Of a DNA stretch of 64,000 nucleotides, positions 54,771-63,387 are shown piece by piece. The translations under genes were made by a program, and so were the position numbers. Each line of letters begins with the position of its first letter. Position 1 is the stretch's first letter. This DNA is from Blastocystis sp. Blastoise (lineage: Eukaryota; Protista; Bigyra: Opalinata): assembly GCA_039096225.1 (NCBI GenBank), contig JBBPEB010000024.1:186001-250000 (forward strand). Reading direction: 5' to 3'. The notes under the pieces are model-generated. The model did not search any database. It was not told the origin of the DNA and was given only the letters and a program-made list of their open reading frames with translations.

Positions 54771-55465
54771 GAAGAAATAGATCTGATTCAATTTCTTCTT
54801 CTTCCTCTTCCTCTTCCTCCTCCTCTTCCTCTTCCTCTTCATCTTCTTCTTCATCTGGAATGGATATAGAAGAATCAAATATTAATAATAATAATAATGA
54901 TATTGATATAGATAATATGCCTTCTATTATTCCTTCTATTATCAGAAATTTAAATAGAAATACAAATCCTCTTCAACAAATTAATAATAATAATAATAAT
55001 AATATTTCTCCTCCAAATAATAATCAAACTATAAATCAATCAATTCCTAATAATAATATTAATAATACTATAAATGATATTGATTTATATTTATCTCTTA
55101 ATAATCATATTAATAATCCTATTATTCCTAATTATCTTCATATTCCTATTCAAGATAGAATATATCCTTATAATTTAGATAATCTTGATTTACCTACTGG
55201 AATAATAGAAAACAATATGATGAATACATTATTTAATTCTAATAGAAGAGTATTAACATTAGATTCTTCTATTTATTCTATAAATTCTATTCCTAATAAT
55301 ATTCCTAATTTTCCTACAGAATGTAATTGGATATTTCCTTGTAAACCAGATTTCTTTATTGGTTATAATGAAATACGAAATCATGAGAAAGGAAAAGTAT
55401 GGAAATATTTAAATGAAATACGTGAATGTTTTAATCATATAATATTAAGGGTTAAATCCCGATAG
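52463..55465 (+). CDS. Large intronless low-complexity protein (N/D/S runs, TPI tripeptide repeats), truncated by the insertion at 55448
   Basis: 1000-aa ORF with ACTCCTATA-type 9-bp repeats at ~53815-54320. Its stop codon lies inside the TIR starting at 55448; the true start is uncertain. Confidence 0.6.
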
Positions 55466-55590
55466 TCAAGTTTTCAGAAATTTATTTACGAGTTGACATT
55501 TGTGTCCTAATTTTTTACGAGTTGACATTTGTGCCTTAATTATTTACAAGTTGACATTTGTGTCCTAATTTTTTACGAGTTGACATTTGA
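55448..55590. repeat. TIR of the 49246 MITE family followed by four 29-bp direct repeats
   Basis: AGGGTTAAATCCCGATAGTCAAGTTTTCA, then ACRAGTTGACATTTG at 55488, 55517, 55546 and 55575. Confidence 0.9.
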
Positions 55591-56447
55591 TTCTTCCGTT
55601 CTTCGAACTGCAGAAGGGGGTATGCAAACCCCGCATAGAGTCTGCGCGACGCGCGCAGCCATAAGCGGGGAAGTCATCCCCCCTTTTTGTTCTCGACGGA
55701 AGAATTAATAACATTTCTGAAGTAAAATAACCATGGGAGTGTAGGGTAGTGTGTGTGTGTATTTATTTTTTCCCATGTTTATTTATTTTTAATTTATTTG
55801 TGTTCCGATTCCAACGTGAAACGTAAAGTGATCAAGGAGAAACTCATAGTAATCATAAAAGAAATAAAATACACACTCACACCCTCCCCTTTACAGGGAA
55901 TATTCATAGGAAATGACTCCATCGTTGGTAAAGTGAGTAAAATAATCACGGGAATACAGAAAGAAATACGAAAAGAAGCACAGAATGTGCTAAATAAACA
56001 CACACCCCGACCCTCCCTTTATATAGAGAAAAGATGAAATGGATGGTTCTATCTAAAAAGAAATAATAAAAATAATCACGGGAATATATAAAAATAAAAA
56101 TGTATGTATAGTGATCAATAAATAATATAAAAAGTCATGATAATCATAAAAAATTTATATAAAAAAGAGTAAAGTGATCAAGGTATGTATTTATAGTGGG
56201 TGAAAGAAAAGCTGGTGGTGGTGTGGTCTTGTAAAAAGATGTACCCACCACCACGATTATAACGAGAGACTTTTGGAAACAAGGGTGACCGTTATGGAAA
56301 TAGGATGCGTCATCGTGAATTGTCCAATCAAATTGCTTAAAAATGTAAAAATGAGGGATTTTGGAACACAAAAACACAATTATATTGGGGAAACTGGGGA
56401 AACTAATTGTGTTCCAGTGGTTTTAGGTGGCGGCATGTATATCAATT

Positions 56448-56495
56448 TTCTAGAATATTCTAGAACATTCTCGAAACTTCTAGAACATTCTAGAA
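56448..56495. promoter_or_regulatory. Heat-shock-element-like array (10 alternating nTTCn/nGAAn units) upstream of the recombinase
   Basis: TTCtaGAAtaTTCtaGAAcaTTCtcGAAacTTCtaGAAcaTTCtaGAA. Confidence 0.75.
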
Positions 56496-56583
56496 CATGA
56501 GAATCTTAGATATTTTATTTTGATTTTCTTATGTATTATTCTTTTGAAAATAGAAGTTTTAGAGATTCTACTTGAGAAAATCA

Positions 56584-57519
56584 ATGAAAAATACAAATTA
56601 TGACAAGTATCTTTTGGTTATACAGAATTCAAATTATTCTGATATTTGGAAAAAACGTTTAACCAATTATTTCAATTTATATATTTTCCCATTACCATTT
56701 AAAAAGTTCTCAGAATTCTTAAAGAATCCTTATTCATTCATGGATTATATGGTAAATGAACGTAAAATCAAAATTAGTCCAATGAAATCGTTATGTGAAT
56801 TGATTTTATTTATTATACGTAATGTTTCTTCATTAAATAAAGAAGGTATTTTAAATAAATGGTGTGAATTTTATGTGATTATCAATTCAATGTATGAAAA
56901 ATATCTGGATAATAAGAAACGCACTTTGATTCAAGATCTTATTAAAGATGGTATTACGACTCCTTATTTACATGAATATCACGATAAATTAGAAAATTAT
57001 AATCCATTACGATTAATATTAGATTTTTACTCCTATCTTCCTCCTGCTCGTGCTGATTATGCTCAATTATTCATTCTATCACCAGAAGATACTATTGATC
57101 CAACTATTCATAAGAATTATATTGTTTATGATAAAGAGAAACACACTGGTTCTATTCTATTAAATGATTATAAAACTGCTGGTAAATACTCTACAATTCA
57201 ATTAGATGCACCAAAAGAATTGATTGAAGATCTAGAATTACTCTTAAAAAGAAATCCAAATCGTAAATTTATATTTGAATCTTCTGTAAGAACTGGATTT
57301 ACTACTAAAGCATTTGATTGGTTTGTGAATAAGCATTTAAAACAAATCCATCCAAAATTGACCATTAATGCATTAAGAAAATTATATGCTACAACTACAA
57401 CCAATACATTCCAAGATATAGAAAATTCTGCTTCTGCTTTATGTCATAATGATTATACACATATTAATTCTTATGTATCTTTAGAAAATAATAATTTATT
57501 TAAAAAATTAATTGAATAA
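56584..57519 (+). CDS. Tyrosine recombinase of the virophage/PLV type
   Basis: YLPPARADY (R), NYIV, LLNDYKTAGKY (K), NALRK (R), ALCHN (H), NSY (Y); first ATG at 56584. Confidence 0.85.
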   Translation: MKNTNYDKYLLVIQNSNYSDIWKKRLTNYFNLYIFPLPFKKFSEFLKNPYSFMDYMVNERKIKISPMKSLCELILFIIRNVSSLNKEGILNKWCEFYVIINSMYEKYLDNKKRTLIQDLIKDGITTPYLHEYHDKLENYNPLRLILDFYSYLPPARADYAQLFILSPEDTIDPTIHKNYIVYDKEKHTGSILLNDYKTAGKYSTIQLDAPKELIEDLELLLKRNPNRKFIFESSVRTGFTTKAFDWFVNKHLKQIHPKLTINALRKLYATTTTNTFQDIENSASALCHNDYTHINSYVSLENNNLFKKLIE

Positions 57520-57592
57520 TTTTATGTTTTTATGTTTGTTTTGTTTTAATTTTGAATATAACTAAACAACTAGTAATAAAAGGATATAAAAA

Positions 57593-57967
57593 TTAATTAA
57601 AAGGTAAGAAAGATAGATTATTATTATTATTTTGATATTGATTTTGTTGTTGATTACTTTTCATAGTTGGCATAAACATATTATTGGGTTGAATAAGATT
57701 CTTATCATCTTGATATTGATTCTCATTCTTCATATATTGTTTATCCAATAGCATTTCAAGACGTTGATGAATCACAGGATCATCTATATAAAGTAACATG
57801 TTTCTACAGTAACTCAATTGCAAATCACTAAGATTCTTGTTGTTATTATTATTTAAAAATTGTTCTAATAGATTTGCTATTTCATTCTTTTTGGATTTAA
57901 TTCCTTCTTCTTTTAGATTCTTCATCACACGACAAAAATAAGAATAACTAAGATATTTCTTGTTCAT
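57593..57967 (-). CDS. Hypothetical viral protein
   Basis: 124-aa ATG ORF in the compact viral array. Confidence 0.6.
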   Translation of the reverse strand: MNKKYLSYSYFCRVMKNLKEEGIKSKKNEIANLLEQFLNNNNNKNLSDLQLSYCRNMLLYIDDPVIHQRLEMLLDKQYMKNENQYQDDKNLIQPNNMFMPTMKSNQQQNQYQNNNNNLSFLPFN

Positions 57968-58069
57968 TATTTAAATTAACCAATGATTAAACAAAACAAA
58001 TTAATTATATAAAACACTAATATAATAAATTAAAGATTCTACAAATAGAGCCAGTTCAAAATGAATGTT

Positions 58070-58225
58070 CTAGAATGTTCTAGAACGTTTCTTGGACATA
58101 TAAAAGTAAAGTAAAATATATATAATAATAAGAACAATTTCAATAACTGACAATATTTCATTTACATTCTCTAAAGTTTCTGCACTACGATCTAAGTAGT
58201 AATTGCCAAATCGTTTCTTTGTCAT
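58070..58225 (-). CDS. Small single-pass membrane protein (viral, hypothetical)
   Basis: ATG at 58225; hydrophobic ILSVIEIVLIIIYILLYFYM followed by SKKR. Confidence 0.5.
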   Translation of the reverse strand: MTKKRFGNYYLDRSAETLENVNEILSVIEIVLIIIYILLYFYMSKKRSRTF

Positions 58226-58311
58226 TATAGTATTAAATAATAAACAAAACAAATTAATTATATAAAATATTAATATAATAAATTAAAGATTCTAGAATAT
58301 TCTAGAATGTT

Positions 58312-58932
58312 TTAACAAGGCATAAGATTTCCATTAGAAAGTAAATAAAGTAAAGAATAATAAAAGCAACCATTTGCATTACTTGTAGTTTTTTGGTGTT
58401 GAATAGGATTATATTGAATATTATGATTTTGAATAAATGATTTTGAAAAAGTAGGTTCATTTCCTAATGATGAATAGTGTTCTATGTTTTTATTACCATT
58501 ATAAATAACAGCTTCAAAATGACCATTATAAGGATCACTAGGACTTTCATGAAAGATCATATTAAATTTAGTTTGATCTTGATCTATATTTTGTTCAAAA
58601 TCATCATAACTATTATAATAATTATAAGATTGAGAATTCGTTTTATTTAATTGTTTCATAACATTTTCAGCACGATCACAAGCAACAGAAGAGGTAGGTT
58701 TATTTAAATAAGCATAATTATATAATTGAGATATTAAAGAATTTGGTATATTACAATATTGAGATAGAGTTTGTTTGAAATTATCAGGGGATCTAGGAGT
58801 AACATGACGAGTTTTATCAGATATAATAGGATTATCGCAATTCATTGAATTTTGAATTAATTTCTCATCTTTACTCTTTACCAGATCCCCTCCCCTGAGT
58901 TTTTTGATAACATATATTTCTTTTTTTTCCAA
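58312..58932 (-). CDS. Adenain-like (clan CE) cysteine maturation protease, probably made by -1 frameshift from the upstream ORF
   Basis: GHFEAV (H), EHYSSLG (cf. YFDSFG), IQHQ (oxyanion Q), NGCFYYS (C). The ORF-track start is TTG inside the upstream ORF; the first ATG is at 58845. Confidence 0.75.
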   Translation of the reverse strand: MEKKEIYVIKKLRGGDLVKSKDEKLIQNSMNCDNPIISDKTRHVTPRSPDNFKQTLSQYCNIPNSLISQLYNYAYLNKPTSSVACDRAENVMKQLNKTNSQSYNYYNSYDDFEQNIDQDQTKFNMIFHESPSDPYNGHFEAVIYNGNKNIEHYSSLGNEPTFSKSFIQNHNIQYNPIQHQKTTSNANGCFYYSLLYLLSNGNLMPC

Positions 58933-60524
58933 AACAATTCGTCACCTGTATTTAATGTTTCATTATTATCTATTTTCTGTTTTATAATTTGTAATTGTTT
59001 TAAATCAGCCTCTTGTATTTTACGTTTTTTTCGTGCCACTCCTGCAGGTATTATAAAATCTGTATAAAATGATACTAATGGATTCAAATCACCACCTCTT
59101 TTCTTTTTAGCTTCTTTTCCTCTTCTCATTCGTTCTAAGAATTCTGCTTTACTTAATTTAACTCGACCACCATAACCTCTACGTTTAGCTCTTCTTGCAG
59201 CTATTCGTTTATCCCTTTCATCTTCTTTCCATTTTCTATCGACTTTCTCTTTATCATTTTGAGGGAAACCATAAATCTTATAAGGATAACTTTGTTCATC
59301 ACGAGGCATAGGTTTATAAGGTTGAGGAGGTTGCGAATGTTGAGGAGGTCGAGGTTGAGTAGGTCGATCAACTTGTTGTTGTGGAGGTGGTGGAGGTTGA
59401 ACAACGGGTTGTGGATGTAGTCTATCATCTTCATCAAGAGCATCTTGCATTTCATCAGCTACATCATAATATCCTTCAAACATTTTATTTATTGTATTTC
59501 CTGAACCTATTTGTTTTTTCATTTCATTTAATGCTTGTTGACGTTTTAATTTTTCCATTTCAAATTCCATATCATTTAATTCACTTGATTGTTGTGCCAA
59601 ATGTGTATCATAATAAGCTTTTCTACCTTTAGCAAAAGAATCCATACCTTTATCAACTACACCTAATAGAGCTGGTGCATAATCCATCAATCCGCTCCAG
59701 AATCCACCACCTCTTTTTACTCTTAATATACCATCACCACTTTGAGCTGAATCTAAATCTATATATTTTGGTATAATTGAAGGTCTTAACATTCTTCTTA
59801 ATTTTGGATTATTAATTATTTTCTTATTTTTAATTGCATTCATAATTGCTGAAGCAACTGATATAGGAATCTTTCCACCACGTTTAATTTTATGTTCATA
59901 GAATCTTTTGAATTCATCATCAAGATCATGATGACCGTCACCAACATATTGAGCTAAAATAGCTAATGCATCACGAGCTTTTCTATTAGCTTTTTTATCT
60001 ACAATAGCATCTCTTATATCTAATACATTTCGTTGATACATATCTTTTACTTTATTTTTAATTGCATCACCAATACCAGAACCTTGATTATTCTCTAATT
60101 TATTGATTTCTGATTTATTTGGAATAATACCTCTACCAGATTTACGTCTTGGTTTACATGGATTTAATACCTTATATTGACGATCTTCACCATCTATTTT
60201 ATCTTCTTCTGGACCAGCTGCTTTCATTACACCTTTACCTGCTGCTCTAGCACGAATTAAAGCACCATTTCCTTGTGGAACAGCATCTTTACCAAATGTT
60301 TTAGAGCGATCTACATAATCATCTTCTTTACCATCATGTATTTCTTTACTTTCTAAAGTAGACACAGGCATAGATGAATTTGGACCTATTTCATGAAATA
60401 TTGGATTATATTGATCCATTTTATGTAATGGTTGTGTATTATATCGCCTATATTCTTTTCCAGTTGAAATTAAATTCATACCAAAAGTACCAGGACTTGG
60501 CATTCCTAATATACAACTTTGCAT
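58878..60524 (-). CDS. Putative virion core/polyprotein with multiple GG/GxG protease sites, basic segments and an amphipathic helix
   Basis: About 12 sites (QGNG, AGKG, SGRG, QGSG, VGDG, KRGG, SGDG, KRGGG, IGSG, YGGR, KRGG, SGEG); GGGFWSGLMDYAPALLGVV; R/K-rich C-terminal part. Confidence 0.7.
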   Translation of the reverse strand: MQSCILGMPSPGTFGMNLISTGKEYRRYNTQPLHKMDQYNPIFHEIGPNSSMPVSTLESKEIHDGKEDDYVDRSKTFGKDAVPQGNGALIRARAAGKGVMKAAGPEEDKIDGEDRQYKVLNPCKPRRKSGRGIIPNKSEINKLENNQGSGIGDAIKNKVKDMYQRNVLDIRDAIVDKKANRKARDALAILAQYVGDGHHDLDDEFKRFYEHKIKRGGKIPISVASAIMNAIKNKKIINNPKLRRMLRPSIIPKYIDLDSAQSGDGILRVKRGGGFWSGLMDYAPALLGVVDKGMDSFAKGRKAYYDTHLAQQSSELNDMEFEMEKLKRQQALNEMKKQIGSGNTINKMFEGYYDVADEMQDALDEDDRLHPQPVVQPPPPPQQQVDRPTQPRPPQHSQPPQPYKPMPRDEQSYPYKIYGFPQNDKEKVDRKWKEDERDKRIAARRAKRRGYGGRVKLSKAEFLERMRRGKEAKKKRGGDLNPLVSFYTDFIIPAGVARKKRKIQEADLKQLQIIKQKIDNNETLNTGDELFWKKKKYMLSKNSGEGIW

Positions 60525-60599
60525 TTTTTTATTTCAATTATAAAATTATTTATAAACAAAACAAATATATTAATAAAAAATAAATTTAACATTAAAAAT

Positions 60600-61193
60600 T
60601 TATAAATTAGTTAAATCAATAATAGTATCATTACTATTAGTATTCTTCGTAGATTTATCGATGACTTTAATAGAACGAGCATATAAACCAATATAATACT
60701 TGTTATTATAACGATGAATACCATGTATTGTAAATAATACTTTACATAACGTATTTGGTGGAATATACTTTTCACGTATTTCTTCGTAAGTTAACTTAGG
60801 ATCTTTACCGATATTAATCTTCTTATCTCTTTTATCAGTAATATCAATAGTAACATTCTTCGATGCATTAATAGGTACTTTAATTGTAATCTTATACTTA
60901 CCATTATCCATACGTACAAAATTAACAATATCACCATCAGGACATAATTCACATAATTTACGATAAAGTTCTTTATAAGCAGTTAAGAATACTTGATTAT
61001 CATCTTCAATTGTTAATAAAGTCCATTTATCACGTGTAACAATATAACCAAATAAACATGGTGTAGCATCAGTAGAAATACATACACGATGATTATTATT
61101 TAAAAGAACAGCATTTTCTTTGGTGTCATCCCATTGTAAATTAAAGTTAGAAGTATCAAGAATAGTAGGTTTTTTAAATTCAGTTGTAGACAT
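60600..61193 (-). CDS. Probable OB-fold single-stranded DNA-binding protein (T7 gp2.5/NCLDV-like)
   Basis: 197 aa with a beta-strand pattern and C-terminal CKVLFTIHGIHRYNNKYYIGLYARSIKV; recognised by pattern only. Confidence 0.55.
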   Translation of the reverse strand: MSTTEFKKPTILDTSNFNLQWDDTKENAVLLNNNHRVCISTDATPCLFGYIVTRDKWTLLTIEDDNQVFLTAYKELYRKLCELCPDGDIVNFVRMDNGKYKITIKVPINASKNVTIDITDKRDKKINIGKDPKLTYEEIREKYIPPNTLCKVLFTIHGIHRYNNKYYIGLYARSIKVIDKSTKNTNSNDTIIDLTNL

Positions 61194-61270
61194 TTTTAGT
61201 TAAGTATTTAGTAAAAATATAAGTATTTTAATACTAATATTTTACGATATTCTTTTCAAATGAATCAATT

Positions 61271-61318
61271 TTCGAGAAGGTTCTAGAAGGTTCTAGAAGG
61301 TTCGAGAAGGTTCTAGAA
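61271..61318. promoter_or_regulatory. HSE-like array (10 units) upstream of the SSB gene
   Basis: TTCgaGAAggTTCtaGAAggTTCtaGAAggTTCgaGAAggTTCtaGAA. Confidence 0.75.
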
Positions 61319-61511
61319 AAAAAGAACACTTGAATAATCTAATGGAAACATTTTAACGGAATCGAACCATGATACTGTGGTTACATATTTCTTTAATAGA
61401 TCCATTAGACCATTCAAGAATTCTATTTGAAACTATTCTATTCTCCATTTAAACTTTGTGTAATTAATTTAAAAAATAAACAAAACAAAATAATTAATTA
61501 AATAAAAATAA

Positions 61512-62039
61512 TTAATGATCAAATATTTCAGACATAGAAGGAATAGAATATTCGGATAATAATGAAACAATTTCTTTAGAATCATCATGAATCTGTTTCA
61601 AATCTTGTTTCTGACTTTCAATCTTTGTTTTTAAATGATCAACAGTACAATAAATACCATTTAATATATTATCAGCTGTTTCAATAGTTTGAAATAAAGA
61701 TTCGAATTGACTGGATATATTTGTTAACTCCTCATTTGTAAATAATAATGCTTGCTTATCAGGATTTGTATTTACTTGATCTTGAAATTGTATTGGTTGA
61801 TTGTTAACCGAATGATATCTATCTGGATTTTTAGATACGTAAACATCATTGATTGGATGAATTTCTTGAGGTGGATCTTCAAACATGATTTCGTCACGCG
61901 AATTAAAACAGAAATCATTATCATTGGGTAAAGCCATAGGATTTGCAGAAACACTATTTTCAAATGGATTCAACAAGGGGGATATCATGGCTTGACCGAA
62001 AGGGGATAAACTGGCAGAAAGACTATCAGGAATTTCCAT
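61512..62039 (-). CDS. Hypothetical acidic protein with a C-terminal coiled coil
   Basis: 175-aa ATG ORF with a heptad-like C-terminal half. Confidence 0.65.
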   Translation of the reverse strand: MEIPDSLSASLSPFGQAMISPLLNPFENSVSANPMALPNDNDFCFNSRDEIMFEDPPQEIHPINDVYVSKNPDRYHSVNNQPIQFQDQVNTNPDKQALLFTNEELTNISSQFESLFQTIETADNILNGIYCTVDHLKTKIESQKQDLKQIHDDSKEIVSLLSEYSIPSMSEIFDH

Positions 62040-62437
62040 GATTATTTAAACCTTCAAAAGTATTTTTATACAATATATTAAATATACTATTTTTAGTGTA
62101 CAGTTCTTCATTTCAGTTGCTAACAAAAGCCTATTGCTTCCAGCTGGAAAATAAGCCAATAAAATAGCTTATTTCGTATGACAAGTCGTCGTCATCGTCT
62201 AATTGTGTTTTACTAATTTTTTTATCCAATCAGATTACAGATGCCGACTATACTCGTCATCGAAACACAAATAAAAAATGCTAAGTCGACAAAATTAGCC
62301 AATCAAATGAACCTTCTAGAACATTCCATAGAGATTCTACACTGTCTCCTAGAATATTTAATATTCCATTTAAATGTATTATTTATTTCATTTTGATAAA
62401 TACAAATTTTCTCTCTGTAACGATATTCGCGATTATA

Positions 62438-63061
62438 ATGCAATTTAATCTTTCTGCTGATTCCCGTAAATGTCTTCAAACTGTTCGTATGGAACTTCTA
62501 AAGAATTCTAAGAAGGCTGTTGAAGTTCATAAGAATGTTCTTCGTGATATTGATTTACATCAGTCTCAATTGAATAGAGAAAAGAATCTATTGGGTATTG
62601 CAAAATCTAAAGAACGTCTTGCTTCTTTCGAAGTCGAAAACTATAGATCAGCTTTAAAACGTATAAACGCGGTTATTAAAGGTCTTGAAGATTATGAAGA
62701 ATTCGCTGCTGATATTTATACTCAACAACTTAATGAAGAACAAGATATTCAAGATATTATCAATACTGAAGATCTTTTAGAAAGTGATAGAACTACTATT
62801 TTATGTTCTGAAGATTCTAAAGAACATTCGAATTCTCAAGATGATGATTTTGATATTATGAAATTCCATATGGAAGATGGATTCCTCTATGATGAAAAAG
62901 GTAAAGTTTATTCTTATGAAGTTGTTCATGCTAAGAGTATTAACAAGATTAAAAGAGATCCTTCAAAACAAATGTATTTCTGGGATGGTATTTTATATGA
63001 TAAGAATGGATGGCCTCATTCATGTACATATATTAATAGTCAAGAACCAATTGAAATTTAA
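62438..63061 (+). CDS. Hypothetical protein with an N-terminal coiled coil
   Basis: First ATG at 62438; two similar C-terminal units (DGFLYDEKG and DGILYDKNG). Confidence 0.7.
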   Translation: MQFNLSADSRKCLQTVRMELLKNSKKAVEVHKNVLRDIDLHQSQLNREKNLLGIAKSKERLASFEVENYRSALKRINAVIKGLEDYEEFAADIYTQQLNEEQDIQDIINTEDLLESDRTTILCSEDSKEHSNSQDDDFDIMKFHMEDGFLYDEKGKVYSYEVVHAKSINKIKRDPSKQMYFWDGILYDKNGWPHSCTYINSQEPIEI

Positions 63062-63171
63062 TTATTTTTCTTGTTTATTTTTCTATTTTTACTTATAAAC
63101 TTGTAAAAAATCATTGAAAATTGTTTTGTTTATTGTATATACATTTAAAACACTAAAGTATAAAAAGGATG

Positions 63172-63301
63172 TTCTAGAAGGTTCTAGAAGGTTCTAGAAT
63201 GTTCTCGAAGGTTCTAGAACATTTAAAAATATAAAGTAATATTTACTATTATAGAATGTTCTAGAAGGTTCTAGAAGGTTCTTGAATGTTCTAGAAGCTT
63301 C
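63172..63301. promoter_or_regulatory. Two HSE-like arrays (10 units each) upstream of the primase
   Basis: 63172-63219 and 63254-63301, both with strict 5-bp alternation of TTC and GAA. Confidence 0.75.
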
Positions 63302-63387
63302 CAAAACTGACTTCTAGAATCTTTAATATATTATTTGTTTTAAATGTTGTATTATAATTATTTTCATTATTTATAAGTCAAATAATC

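Noticed and set aside
55485-55590. CRISPR-like array (29-bp periodic repeats; also 49285-49410 and 24810-25040)
   Set aside because: No unique spacers of CRISPR length and no cas genes; these are transposon subterminal repeats in a eukaryotic context.
58920-58928. A_AAA_AAG as the frameshift site
   Set aside because: Also in frame, but ~28 nt from the stem; A_AAA_AAC has the canonical 7-nt spacing.
56448-63320. TCTA as a mavirus/CroV-type late promoter
   Set aside because: The central TA varies (tc, ga, tt) while TTC/GAA phasing is invariant, and the arrays precede replication rather than structural genes.
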